Positions 11,941 through 26,083 are shown, counted from the stretch's first letter. The stretch is 64,000 nucleotides of DNA from Eledone cirrhosa (GCA_964016885.1 OZ024740.1:379130001-379194000); one strand, 5' to 3'. Notes: generated from the letters alone by a model not told the origin. Numbers and translations are program-made.

Positions 11941-14900
11941 GATTCTCGACGTGAGCGTGGACACTATTCATAAAATTTTAACATGAATACTGTCTCCAAC
12001 AGTAATGCCACAACTACCAGACTAGTTAAATAACTGGTTATTTTTCTGATGATATACAATTAAGATACCTTTTATTATAAATAGTAAAGATATCCGGATT
12101 TGCTACAAACAACATGACTGGACACGATAATATAAAACAACAAAGATAAAGGTAAAGAGAATCTCTTTAGTTGTAGTTATAGAAGGAATTGAAACTGCAA
12201 ATCACATTTTTGTCTGAGTTACGAATTCAATAACGATATATCTAATTGTTGTAAAATGGAAAAAAAGCCCTCAGTTAGCTATATGAACAGAATGAAGCTA
12301 CACTGGAACGAACTTCACCCAGAGCTAAATTATTTCACAACCGAACAATTACGCCAACAAACAGCGATTGTCGAACGTAAAAATAAGCTAAACATTATTC
12401 AAAATAATAATAAATATATTTTTCCATAAATGGGAAAAATCTACAAATAACAACATCATATGTGCATTCTATAAATCAGACATGCAATCAACATGTATCT
12501 CAGCAGGTTGTCCTGCAATTAAGTTTCCTCTAAGCAGTCAGACCACCAAAATCAAACAGCAACAATACACAATCAGTCTCTTGGAACAGCTCTACCGGCA
12601 ACAGACTTTGTCTTCCCTGCTATATCTCTCAGTCATGTTAGACATTAACAACAAAATACCGTCCATGATAATTACTCTACCATTAGCTGGGAAAGTGGAA
12701 AATAAAAACAGTTAAAATGTATCATTAGTGAAAAGAGATTAATTTATGTAAAAACCTTACTCTCGAAAGAGACATAATTGCCAATATTAAACAAGAAGCC
12801 AAAGAAAGAAATACTGCATAAATTAACGTTTGTCTTTATTCCATAGCAACCGCTGTAAAACATTATTTTGGTGATACTAGAAAATGCCAATGTATACAAA
12901 AAATGCCAATGTATATTTCAAAAATAGAAAAAAGTTCGCTGACCTAAGAAACATTATCAGCCATGTGACAACGCTTATTACATGTAAAAATAAACTACAC
13001 TCCTCACCAACAAATGGTGAAAATTAAAATAGAAGTGAGGTTCGGAGATAGTAAAAGCAGGACTATTCGATACGAGTAGATTATCCCCATACAGCGCGAA
13101 ACTCCAGCTTCAGAAGAGCGTGATTGAAAGGAAAAGGATTAATAAAAGTTTCAACCGAAACCAAATATCAGTCTATAGGGATATGAGGGGTGAATCAATA
13201 AATTCCCTTGAAGCTCCGTTCCAGAAACACATAGATTCCTTCTGGAAAAAAAGTATGGGGTAAGGAAAAGAATTTCAACAAAGATGTAGTGTGGTTGAAA
13301 GAGATCCGAACGAACCATTGCACCTGCATTACACCAAAAACATGCTGCATCAATGATGATTCCCTTAAAAGTTTGATACGAAAATTTCATGATGAGATAA
13401 CACCAGGAAGAGACTTAATTGCTGGCTACTGGTATAAAAAAAATGACTTTATATCACATGTATCTTATCAACTTCTATCAACAAGCACTCAAGGGAAATA
13501 CGACTACACCAAGCTGGTTGATATTAGTAGAAACTAGATTTGACCCCCAAAACAAAGAAGCCTGCTTGGCAAAGAGCTACCAACCTATTGCATGCCAGAG
13601 CCTCATATATGAAGTGTATACACCCTGTCTGAACATATTCATCAAGGTTCAGTGTGAGATCATGGATGAGGAAGCAGCTGGAAAGAAAGGGGTTTTGGGT
13701 GTGCGGAGCCGCTCCTAATTAACAAGACCGTGATGTCAGAGGTGTGGTGACATCACGGTCTGATTACAGTCTGACTGGATTACAGGAAAGCATTCGATTC
13801 TGTTCCCTACCCTTGGTTGCTAGAGGCCCTTCGAATTGCTAATGCTCCAGATACCACAATCAGAGCTATGACGAACCTAAATTTTTCCTGGGCCACTATC
13901 CTGAAGTTAAATACAGAAAATAAAATATCGCAGGGTATATTTCATGGAGACAGTCTCTCTGTGATGCTATTTACACTGTCAGTAAACTCCTTGTCCTTTA
14001 TGCTGAGGGAATATGAAGGATATGTAATTTGTTCACAGGAGATCAGAGAAACAAACTTAACACATAATTTCTTTGTGTATGACTTGAAAGCTTATGCTAA
14101 AATTATAAATAGTATGAAGAAAACCCTTGACCTGGTTACGACGTTCTCGAAAGATATAAGAATGGAGTCTGGCTAGGATAAATGTTTCTATATAATTGTA
14201 AATCGAGGAAAGAAATACAAACCAATCCAGTAACAGCTTTATCAAGGCCCTGACTCGTTTACCGGTATTTGACGAGAACTGTTACAGATCCTTAGAAATA
14301 TCTGAAAATATATCCCATGATGGGATTTGTAACAAGGAATGAGTAAACATGGAATATAATATCCGAATAAGAAAAAATGTGATCTTCGGAACTCTCTACA
14401 CACAATAAATCAGTGGCCCTCAATGTGTTTGTTGTACCTGTCCTGACATCAACATTTATGTTACTTGATTGAACGCTAGATTAGATCCGAGGTATTGATG
14501 TTAAAACCCGAGAAGTTGTAACCGGCAACGGAAATTTCCACATCAACTCAACTGTGACATAGGTCGTCTCTATTTAAAACGTAAACAGGAAGGCAGAGCC
14601 TTAGTGTCAATCCAAACAATATTTGATTGTCGCATTATATCCTTCCGAAAAAAGCTACGATCCACCGAACATAGATGCCTATCTATTGAACAGGTCTGTC
14701 TACACGAGACAGATAACATCATGAGAAATAGTCCCTGCAAAATAGCCAAAAACTCACACCCAGGAAAATTGCACAACACCACAAAGAATCCATGAACGAA
14801 AAGCTGCAGCATACTTATCAAAGAAACATCATGCATGGTTATGCTGCCAGAAAGCTTCAAATTGAGAGTAATATAGATAAGGAAATCTTGGACCAAATAT

Positions 14901-15585
14901 TATCTCTCACTTTGAAGGATATACTTTTGCAATCAAAGAACAGGAAATAAGGAAATACCTGAAACACAAAAGAGATAGGGATGCAGGCAAACACCTAGAA
15001 GTGATAACAGATGCAGACTCTGGAATACATATTGAGGATGTCACCCGTATCATACGTAGCAGTCCAAATATGTCATCCAGATTCTATCTACCTATGATGC
15101 ATGATGTAGTGGGCAAACACGATAAAATGTAATACGTAAAAAGGCTAGTACTGAGCTAATTGAGACACTCCACCCTTACTATACCTTTAGATTTGTGCCT
15201 GTGATCATTGGGGTGATTGGATATGTTGCTAACTGCCTCCGTTCAAATCTTTAGAATCTGGGATTCAAAGAACCAGAAAGAGCAAGGCTACTTAGGAAGT
15301 TGCAAGTACAGTACATTAATGGAGCCGTAATATTATGCCAAATATTTCGGGAATTCAGCATGTAATTACTGCATATACAGATGTATTGATACAGAAATAT
15401 ATAACTCAAAACATACAGATCCACTCATGAATATCATCCATACCTACACACCTACACAAAACTCCATATAGACTCAAATATTATTTACCTAGTTGATGTC
15501 TAAATTCCAATGAAGTTTTGTTTCTGTGTTAGACACCAACTCTCTATTGGTGGGAATTTATAAAATAATAAAACCAAAAGAACAT
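11941..15585 (+). mobile_element. R4/Dong-like non-LTR retrotransposon (RT plus restriction-like endonuclease clade), disrupted
   Basis: Fragments HWNELHPELNYFTTEQLRQQ, SYQPIACQSLIYEVYT, AAGKKG, LDYRKAFDSVP, QGIFHGDSLS, HNFFVYDLK, RLYLKRKQEGRAL, AIKEQEI, CRL, MHDVVG. Many stops and frameshifts. Bounded by (CATA)n at both ends. Confidence 0.8.
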
Positions 15586-15614
15586 GCATTCATGCATACA
15601 CACATACATACATA

Positions 15615-16505
15615 AGGATTGCAGCGCCATCACAGACGATTGCCGTCTCTTATTGATTCTTCGTTATCATTCCACCTGTGTCCACGACTTTGTAGATGAC
15701 TTTGTAGACCAGCTGTAGATCTGCATGGTTTACGACACAGGTGACAGAAGAGAGTCGTGCATTCCACAGGTTCGGTGGGGTCACTCTGTGGGACATAATC
15801 TTTATGTACCAGAATGTGTTTTTTTAGTACGGAACTAGTTCTACACACTTTGTTGCATATCACGCACGTTGTTTCACCAGGTCTTTGTTGAGTGGTGTTG
15901 CAGGTGGTTATCCTTTCATGTGACTTCAGGGGATTAACATAACCAGCCTTTGAGAGTACACACTGACAAAAATTGCATGTCCAACTACTGATGATTTCAT
16001 CAAGACGGTGAGCACAGTCCATCCGGAGCTGACGCTTCACTTGTTTATGTTCTAGACGACATTCCTCAAAAGTTTTGCAACTGCCCTTTATGCGCTTTCT
16101 CCACTCAGCCCTCTTTAGAGCCATCTCCTCACAGTTATGTATATCAAATGCCAGCTCTTTGAGTTTGTTCTTGATTTGTTCTTGCACCTCATTTTCGGTT
16201 TGTGTTGAGGGCTTTTTCCAAGATAGAGCTCATCGTAAAACAGTTGATTCGAGATCCTGCTTCCTTTCATGCGGAAGATATGTCCTGGCCAACGCATTTC
16301 AGAAGATGTTACTTGGGACTCAATGTTTGGACATTCTGCTTTGATAAGGACATGGATGTCAGAAGTTCTGTCTTGCCATTTGATGTTGAATAAGCGCCTT
16401 AAACATTTCTGCAGAAAACGCTCAAGCAATTTGGTGTGTTTGCGGAATAGCGTCCAGGTGTCGGCGGAGTATAAAAGAACAGATAGAACACATGATCTAT
16501 ACACA
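15615..16505 (-). mobile_element. RTE-clade LINE 3' fragment with three C2H2-like fingers
   Basis: VYRSCVLSVLLYSADTWT, LERFLQKCLRR, RWPGHIFRM, then CNFC..K..H, CVICNKVC...LKKH..VH, CHLCRKPCRSTAGLQSH. Flanked by (CATA)n. Confidence 0.85.
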
Positions 16506-16702
16506 CACACCTACATACATACATACATACATACATACATACATAAATACATATACTTGGGAGCTTGAACGCCTACATATATATGAGTTACGTCTGGACA
16601 TTTACAGGTCAACTTAATTTTAAACTTCCCCTTTTCTAACCTATTTTTCCATCCCACACACATATATACATATACATACATATCATCAAGGTTTAGCAAA
16701 TA

Positions 16703-16788
<86 letters not shown>

Positions 16789-16829
16789 AATATATGTATT
16801 TACACACACACTTATATATAAATAATGTG

Positions 16830-16885
<56 letters not shown>

Positions 16886-19800
16886 GGACACGTTATATAC
16901 ATACTTATGTGTTTTTGTCTGTATATTCTCATGACTAAATGTCACCACCCTCTACGCAAACATTTCTAGATAAAACAACGACAATTCAAAATAGGACACA
17001 CCCATTTTATTCATGTAACTGGAATAATAACAATGTCATGAGATAGAGACATAAAATAGAACGTAGTCTAAGATTCTCAAGAGAAACTTGACAGCGTGGA
17101 TGGCAGTGAACATTGTTCCAACGAAAGTGGACTTGAAGTATTGCATTGCATCAGTGTATGAAAGCATATATATTAAACATATCAATGTATTTTAATCATA
17201 TTGATATGTTTTAATTATTATGGTTCATAATACTGACATCATTCCTATATACCCATAGTCATCATTGAACACCTCCCATTCTCTTAGTTTTACCTCATCG
17301 TCCCTTCTTTAACATGTTTATAAATTGACCTGTTAACTCAATTCTTCCCAATCTTCTGCAATTCATCCTCTCCCTCTCCTCAAATGTTCATATTAGCTTG
17401 CGTTTATGTTGATTGTCTTTCCAATTTGTCCGCTGATCGTCTCACTTCCTGTTTCTTATTCTTCGCTATTTTGTCATATCTTGCTCTCGCCTTTCCCATT
17501 CTATTTATTCATTATTATCAGAAAATTCTTTATATATATTCATGGTGAATGCTGATGTCTGAAACGTTAGTTTATTCCTGTTTCTCAAAACAAACGAATT
17601 CCAGTTTCCCGACACAGGGCATCACAAGTTTCATCGGATATTACTATTTAGTTTAATTTATAAATTCCATATTTCGAATCCGTACTTAATTCGTAATGTC
17701 CACTTGCTATTGTTCGTTAGTGAATTCTTTTTATAATTTGCCGATTCCTGATTCTAAAATTTGCAGCGTCTTGGACATTCTGCCCAAAATTCGGGAATAG
17801 ATATCAACATTATGTTATGTTATAGTTTCAGTCACATTTAAATAGAATTGAAGCATAAACATATATTTTAAGTGAATAAGTATTTTTTCATATACTCTAG
17901 TAACTATGTGCAAGGCTGTTTGATTCTTATATAATTAAAATAAAATTACATTATTAATGCATGACTTTAGATGTGACTTAACATAACTCAAGCTGTTAAA
18001 TTGATACGTGGAAGTCGCATTTAACCTACGTGAAATTTTGATTACAAACAAGTGAGGTTAATCATTTTAGAGAAATAAATAAGCATTTGGTAAATATATA
18101 TTTAAATACTTACAATTTACTATGCTACTTGTAAGCTGCTTGCAATTTTATATTAGACTACAAGTTCTATGAAAGTGATATCACACATGTCGACTAAACA
18201 TTTCTAGGATTCTGATAGCTTTTAGAGTCTTAGAATGAAGTGAATTCCAGGATTATGCTCATTTTTTAATTATGGTAATTTAAGGTTTAATGGAGATTTT
18301 ACTGTTATTTCTAGCTGGTCGAATAACATCATAAAGGCTACATTAGTGGTTCGATTATATTTATTTACATCTAAGCAATATATATGGTCAGGTTAAGATC
18401 CTGCCCAGCGCTGCTGAAGTAGGTACGTTCGTACAAATGTGGTACTATTTGCCCTTAATTTGACTTTTCTGTACGTTTGGTACAACGCCCGGATTATTTG
18501 GTACTTGTTTTGCGAATTTGGCTTAATTAGCATTCTAAAATGAACATTTAATGATTTACCCTTCATCAACTATAACGACTTTTACATCGTAAAGCTATTC
18601 ATTAAATGCATTTGCCCGTCATATCTCACTTGACATCAATACTCTTCTGTTTATTATTTCAAATTGGTAGCCAACCATCTTCTGTATTATCCTGGTAGCC
18701 AATAATAAAGCACTATTCGCTCGCACTCGATTAGTGGACGTTTTACTTGAATAGATTCCGCTGGCAAGGAGGGTAAGCGGAACCCCAGTAGCACAAAAAA
18801 ACAACAATAATTGTTAAAAGGAGCCTATGGTCCTCCACACCAACTATGGGTTAAATAGCCCCACCAACCAGCAATTGGCCAAGATTGGCGAGTACGGCAG
18901 GTAGAAGACACTCCAACACATTTGAGAAGATCCTGGATTGGATTGGAAACATTTCAGTTTCTCAATCATTATATATGTCACACACACACAGAATCACTCT
19001 CTAGATATAAATAACACATAAAAGGATTTCACAGTCTCTTATGCTCTTTCATAGAAAGCCAAATATATAAAATTTCTAAACTTTATAATGAAGACCGAAA
19101 CCCGGCCCACATTAATAGCTAACTTCCTATAAATCTCAAGTATGATTCACATTACCATATCTAAGGAATAGTGCTATTGCTCTTCATGCTAACAATTTAG
19201 GTCGAATCCAAAGCGAGATACTTGTCTAATTCATAAAGATTCAATCACCTTTAGAGTCCAACCATCATCTTTCAAGTGACGTCACTGACTAACTGACTGT
19301 AAAAATCCTTCACCACCTAATGCAGCTTTCAGTCGTGTGATTAGCATAGTTCTAGTCATCGATGAGATTTGAATCTCATCTCAGAAGGTGAAGTGCCTGA
19401 ATATATACAGCAAAGCAACACGCCCGTCAATTAAAACAATTCCACCAATCCCCCACCATGGACTGATACGTTATTTTACCGACCGCTCCGGGATCTGAAA
19501 TCAGAGTATATTGAGCCGGGACAAATACCAAACCATTCTACCAATTTACCCACAAGCAAATAATCACATTGTTTTGTATCGCAGCCGTTTCTATTACAAC
19601 TATTTTGTCCACTTAACAATCTATCAGTATACTTTCTCTATCCTTGTCTACTCGTCCACTCGTCTTTCATACTCTTGTCCGGTTTACTATGATCTACTTC
19701 CTATACGCTGAACTATTCTTCAGGACCCGAATTTCAATCCTTTGGAATTCACGTTTTATTTCTTTTCTGTAAATACCAACCTAAAGATATTAAAGCTAAA

Positions 19801-20359
19801 CATCAACTGCCTTAATCTTACCATGCTGAGAATGACTTAATGTTCAAGTTCTCTTCTGACACATGAAAGGAATATAAAATAAAATATTTTTGTTGGAAAA
19901 GATTTTTGCTCAATTATATTTAGCGATTGTCAAAGGGGAGAGAGGGAGTGAAGAGACAGAACGTGGTGGAGAACTGGATCGGTTATATTCGACTTTTATG
20001 TTCGCACTTAAACCTGGATAGTTTTTTCCTTTCATCATTGCGCTGTCGACAAAATTAGTGCCAGTGATATACTGATTTCGCTTTGATTGATGAGAACATT
20101 CTCCTGGTTAACTTGGCGTTTAGTCAACATAGAAACTAATATTGCGCATGAGCCAAATAAAGGATGTTCTGCGTAACTGCTTGACCAGCCAGAAATAACT
20201 GAAAAGAAACATACATATGCAATAATGACATCATGAACGCATTGAATCATAAGTCAACCCGATTAGAGCTGACGGAGAACTATGGACAGAAACAACAACA
20301 ATAACTACAAGGAAAACAACAACAATAACTACATCAAAAACAACAACCAAGAAGATCGC

Positions 20360-20655
20360 AAACTGTCGAAGAATCGGCCATACTAAGATAGATTTGTTTT
20401 CAAACCTGTTGAAATGGATACTTCCAGAGTTCTACTCAGACCTACTACCTACTCACAAATATCGGTGCAGAATTGGCCACCGCAGGAGTGAGCCCCGCGA
20501 GTTGGAATGGCTATTCCAACGCGTCTCCCTCACCATCCTCCAAGGTAATACTTTCTCCATTATGTCTGCTGGGACCACGATGTGGCCAGTCCCTGCAGTC
20601 CTGCACGCCAAAGTACACTCCCTCACACCGACCAAACCTGTATCATTGCAGTAGT
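20360..20655 (+). mobile_element. CRE-like non-LTR retrotransposon 3' fragment (restriction-like endonuclease end)
   Basis: FVFKPVEMDT...SEPRELEWLFQRVSLTILQGNTFSI resembles the CRE C-terminal FxPxxxET...RE..WL.QR.S..IQRGNA..I pattern. Confidence 0.6.
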
Positions 20656-21390
20656 GATGTTTGCACACATTTAGGGGATTTAAGGCAACTGACATAATAG
20701 TTACATGTTCGACAAAAAGAGACCAATGGAACTATATTTTTTTCTCTGTAAAATCAACACTACTTACCCCTCTATATTTTGTCTGTAATTTCTTTTTTTT
20801 TCTCTTTTGTTGATTTAGATTTTTTGTAATTTACAGAAAACCAACATCCCTTACATTTTTAACGGCAAGTTTGTGATTTGGAGAATCGGCTGTTAATTCT
20901 TGTTTTAATATATTGTAGAAAAGTCGTTAATTTGCAGAATACAGTCCGTATATATTCTACGTTAAAATCTAATTAACAATCATTAATATAGAGAGTTCGA
21001 TTCACTTGACATACACAAACATTAATCTATTCATATATATTCATATATCAACATTATAAATAAATATAAGAGCTGTGCATTGTATAAATCTGGAAGGCGG
21101 CAGACACAATGCGTTCATTTAAATCATCTTTGTTCAAACGTCCGGAATTTAGTATTGTGGTGGATACAAACCACGATAACCTCCCCAACTAGCCATTGTA
21201 CTCTCATATTTTGCAGTCAGGTCAGAATGGAAGTTGATATATTCACAAAAGTGAAAATAGCTAAAAAAAATATGAAGTAATTCATAATTATACTTATCAT
21301 ACATTCAGTGACACAAACGTTTTTCACAAGACAAAATATTTGTATACATTTGTATACGGTTGTTGGTCCAAGATAGACTACTTTGTTTAT

Positions 21391-21862
21391 CTATATTACT
21401 CTCAATCTGGAGCTTCCTGGCAACATATACATGCATGATTGTTTGCTGGCATGGGTCGATAGTTTTTTACCAAGTGGGTGTATTTGTTCTTGGAGACCAG
21501 TACTGTTTGTGCTAATGTCAAACAGGCTGGTATATGTGTATCTCCCTTGAGAACTTTTTGATAGAGATAGATAAGATACAGCCGATAGAATATTTTTTTT
21601 TTTTGTACCAGTAGTCGTCAATCCAGTCTCTTTCTGATGTTTTCCTATCACAGTTTCAAGGGTATCCTCATTTATTTCGTATGTTTTTGTTGTAGTGTAG
21701 GAGCAATAGTTCTTTTGGATTTCTTTTAGCCACACTGCATCTTGGTTGAAATTCTTTTTCTCTCCCCATATTTTTCTCCAGAAGGAATTTTTTTTTTTTC
21801 AGAGATGGGGCCTCAGTGACATTTATTACTTTGCCCTTCATATCTCTATAGACTGATCTATG
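21391..21862 (-). mobile_element. R4/Dong-like internal fragment
   Basis: WLKEIQKNYCSYTTTKTYEINEDTLETVI is homologous to WLKEIRTNHCTCITPKTCCINDDSLKSLI at 13289. Starts at a (CATA)n tract. Confidence 0.75.
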
Positions 21863-21869
21863 TATGTAT

Positions 21870-22216
21870 GTAAGGGCGGAAGAACTCATGAGAGTCAACG
21901 GCCATCCAAAAGTGTGGAAATATGTATATACACATGTACCGCGCATTTAAACCACTGGGAGTGAAGGACCCCTAGTCTTTGTCGGGGCATTCTTCTAGAG
22001 AAGACAACTCAGGAAACTGGAATAACTCCGATATAAATCCTGCGGCTCAGTAGTTACTGATGATGTTGATCTTTTCTTCTTTTCGGGTTATAGCTACTGT
22101 CGCTCAGAAAGTGGGATTGGCTCAGTGCACAGTCTTTCCTCAATTTAAAAAATATCTTCACGCACAGGAATTGCACGATAGAATTAATTAATAATTATTA
22201 ATAATGGTATAACATC
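21870..22216 (+). mobile_element. Non-autonomous RTE-derived element (second subfamily)
   Basis: Reverse complement of 36262-36630. Shares GAGTCAACGGCCATCC and GACCCCTAG..TTTGTC with 25390-25445. Followed by (ATGT)n. Confidence 0.65.
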
Positions 22217-22277
22217 ATGTATGTATGTATGCATGTATGTATGTATGTATGTATGTATGTATGTATGTATGTATGTA

Positions 22278-24963
22278 TGTATGTATGTATGTATGTATGA
22301 ATCCGTACCTGAGGACTGGAGAGATGCAGTAATGCTGGTCTTGTACAAGGGAAAGGGTAACAGAAATGATTGTGGGAACTACAGAGGTATATCATTGCTT
22401 TCTGTCGTAGGGAAAGTTTTATGTAGGGTGCTTCTGGACCGTCTGCTGACGCACATTGCAGATTGTGTTCTTCGTGAAAGTCAATCTGGTTTTCGGTGCT
22501 TCTTGAAAGTCAATCTAGTTTTCGTGCTGGACACAGCACTACTGATATGATCTTCTCAGCTAGACAGCTCCAGCGGAAGTGCATGGAACAAGGTTTGGAT
22601 CTGTATCAGGTTTTTGTCGATCTGACAAAAGCTTTCGATACTGTTAACAGAAATGCATTATGGAAGGTTCTCCAGAAACTTGGTTGCTCTGATAAGTTCC
22701 TTGCTTTGGTTAGGTCTTTCCATGACGACATGAAGGCTTGGGTTATCGAACTTCAGGCAGCATACGAGGTGTGTCAGAAAAGTTCCTGGACTGATGTCAC
22801 AAAAGATTTATTTCAAACCCAAACTTCACACTAAGAGTTTTCTCCTTCAAAGTAATCCCCATGGAGTCTAATGCACTTTTCCATCCTTTTCTGCCACGCT
22901 TGCATGCACTCCTGGAAGAATTCTTCCGGGATCCTCCGCAGTTCCGTCGTCACGGCCTTTTTGATGGCGCCCACGTATTCAAAACGGGTCCCCTCCGGGT
23001 CGTACTCGAAGATCCATGACTCATCACTGGTGATGACTGTCCCTAGCAAGTCTGGTTCGGTTTCAAGACGCTCGAGGATGTCCTGGCACACTTGCATGCG
23101 TCAACCCTTCTAGTAATCGTTCAGCAGTTTTGGCACCATCTTCGCGCAGTTTCCGCATATCCAAATCTTCAGTGAGAATCTTCTAGACGCTGTCCCGATT
23201 CATGCCCAGCTCATTTGCCATCAGTCGAACATTCAGCCGATGATCGCTACGCACCATCTGCCTGACGCGCTCAACATTGACCTCAATCCTGGTTGTTGAG
23301 GGCCTTCCGCCCCTGTGGTCATCTTCCACGACCTCGCGTCCTTCTTTAAACCTCTTGCACCACTCTAAGACACGTGAGCGTGACATCGTCTCATCTCCAT
23401 ACACTTGCTGCAGAAATCCCAGTGCTTCTGACGGAGTTTTCAAGTTTGTTCTTTGCTCTGTGCTCATTGCCTGACGACCTAAAACAGAGGACATGTATAT
23501 AAAATTATGAAGAAAAAAGTTTGATTGCTGCAGAGAGAGCTAAGATTACAGTTACATACTCCAGGGGGATTACTTTGAAGGAGAAAACTCTTATTGTGAA
23601 GTTTGGGTTTGAAATGAATCTTTTGTGACATCAGTCCTGGAACTTTTCTGACACACCTCGTATTTAACATCAGGCGCTTTTCTGCAAAAACAAAAGTATT
23701 TACATCAATCATAAGAGACCTCTTGATTGCAATCTTGTAGCGCACAGAGAGAGTGATATGAAGCAAATTTTGAATGCATTTTCTGATGCTTGCACTGCCC
23801 TAGGATTGACTGTCAGTCTCAAGAAAACCGTCGTCATGTACCAACCTGCCCCTGGTAGGCAGTACAGTGAACCAAATATCTATGTGTATGGTAAACGACT
23901 TGGAGTGGTTGATCAGTTTGTCTACCTGGGAAGCACTGTCAATCGATACAGCAACCTTGATAATGAAATCCCACTCAGGATTAGAAAAGCAAGTGATGCT
24001 TTCGGAAAGCTAGAAAGGTGACTCTGGGGTCGGCGAGACATATGCAAGAAGACAAAGGTAAAGGTGTACAAGGCATGTGTGCTCTCTCCTCTTCTTTATG
24101 TCTGCGAAACCTGGGTCACATGTCGACACCACCTTAAGCAATTGGAGCGTTTCCATCAGATGTGTCTTAGACGGATCCATGGCGTTCACTGGAGGGACCA
24201 CATCAGTGATGTCGAGGTTTTGGAAAGCTCTCTGTGTGACAGTATAGAAGCTCTTGTGCTTAAGCAAAGACTCCGTTAGAGTGGTCACCTTGCCAGGATG
24301 AAGGATTCTAGAATACCAAAACAACTCTTGTATGGATAGTTAGTTAAAGGAAAACGACCGCCACATAAACCAAAAAAGAGGTATAAGGATTCCTTCAAAG
24401 CCTCTTTGAAAGACGCTAACATCTCTGCTGATACATGGGAAAATGTTGCTGCTGATCGTAATAAATGGAGAAAAACTGTATATGAGGGGAAAGTTCCCTT
24501 TGAGGCATCTCGAATCGCATACGAGAAAGTAAAGCGAGATGTGAGGAAAGGCATTACTGTTGCATTTCCAGGCGGCGAAGGTCCTCCTATGGCGCTGACA
24601 TGCAGCATCTGTGCGAGACTCTGCCTAAGCAAAGCTGGACTCGAAAGTCATCTTCGCAGTCATAAAGTGAGACCAGTGGTTGACTACTAGGCTGCTGTTG
24701 GAGATGCTACTCATCATGCTTGCCAAGCATGTGGTAGAGAATGTAAATCAGCAGGAGGGCTCAAACGACATGCAAAAGTACATGAACTCCAACCACAGCC
24801 GGCTATTCCCAGTGAATGTTTTGGTTGCCAAATCTGTGCAAGACATTTTAGATCATTGGCTGGCCTAAAAAGCCACATTCGATCGCAGCGCTGTTAGTTG
24901 CTATCGTGTGTGTGTGTGCGTGTGTAGATATGTTTATGTGTGTGTGTGTGTGCATATATATAT

Positions 24964-25039
<76 letters not shown>

Positions 25040-25064
25040 ATTGTTGTTGTCGTTATTATTATTG

Positions 25065-25099
<35 letters not shown>

Positions 25100-25150
25100 G
25101 TTATTTTTTTCGTGCAATGGCCATACTCGATAACGAGGGGGCAGCCATCA
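22278..25150 (+). mobile_element. 5'-truncated RTE-clade LINE, interrupted by a mariner
   Basis: VPEDWRDA..LYKGKG.R.DCGNYRGISLLS, ESQSGFR, TDMIFSARQLQ.KC, FVDLTKAFDTV, GLTVSLKKT, FVYLGS, GHLARM..RIPK, three C2H2 fingers (24598-24885), 3' stem-loop at 25119-25148 and (ATGT)n tail. Confidence 0.9.
22765..23660 (-). mobile_element. Internally deleted mariner/Tc1 transposon with ~100-bp TIRs and TA target duplication
   Basis: TA-CGAGGTGTGTCAGAAAAGTTCC... and ...GGAACTTTTCTGACACACCTCG-TA. Transposase fragments YGDETMSRSRV.EW.KRFKEGRE, GRPST, ITSDESWIFEYDPE, KCIRLHGDYFEG. Confidence 0.92.
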
Positions 25151-25216
25151 TGTATGTATGTATGTATGTATGTATGTATGTATGTATGTATGTATGTATG
25201 TATGTATGTATGTATG

Positions 25217-25822
25217 TTAGGTCACCAGTTGGTGCTACTGGTAACATGTATCCCAGTACAACCTGTCTCATGGTCGGGTCGTTGGCGACTAAACTGGCAA
25301 CCCCACCAAGGTTTCTTTGTGAGGAGGGTAACTTTGGACATCCTGCAGGACTAAAAACAAAATCTGTCAAAGGGAAAAGGAGCTCTTAAGAGTCAACGGC
25401 CATCCAAAATCACCGGGAGAGATGACCCCTTAGCCTTTGTCAAGGCAGAATTCTAGGAAAAGGAAAACTCTGATATAACACCTGCAACCCTGATGGTATC
25501 CAATGATGTTGACTTGTTCTTCTTTTTGGTAAATATCATCTTGGTTAAGAGAGTGGGACTGGCTTTGTGCAGTGCCTTTCCTCACTATAATAGCTTCACG
25601 GCACAGGCATTGCTTTATATCTGGAGACCTCTCTGCACTTGTCATCACATGGTACCATGGGCCCAGCACTGTGTCAGTAATTGTCACAAGTGTAGTGTTT
25701 GTACCAGAGTTTTCAAGTCTCTGGCTGGACTAAAAAGTTACACTTGTTCAGCGCATCGATAGGGGTTCTCCTACATGCATATAAAGTAGTGGCCGTACTC
25801 GAAAACGAGTTCGTAGCCACTA
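25217..25822 (+). mobile_element. Non-autonomous bipartite RTE-derived element, apparently full length
   Basis: Lies between (ATGT)n tracts. Contains a residual finger CSVCTRVFKSLAGLKSY and an RTE-type 3' stem-loop at 25788-25820. Paralog at 10975-11385. Confidence 0.7.
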
Positions 25823-25881
25823 TACTATGTATGTATGTATGTATGTATGTATGCATGTATGTATGTATGTATGTATGTGTA

Positions 25882-25945
<64 letters not shown>

Positions 25946-26032
25946 GAGACTCAGTACAGAGATGTTAGGTACATTTAGCATGAAAAGTGATGATAAAGAA
26001 ATCGCATATTTGTTCACACACACACGCACACG

Positions 26033-26083
<51 letters not shown>

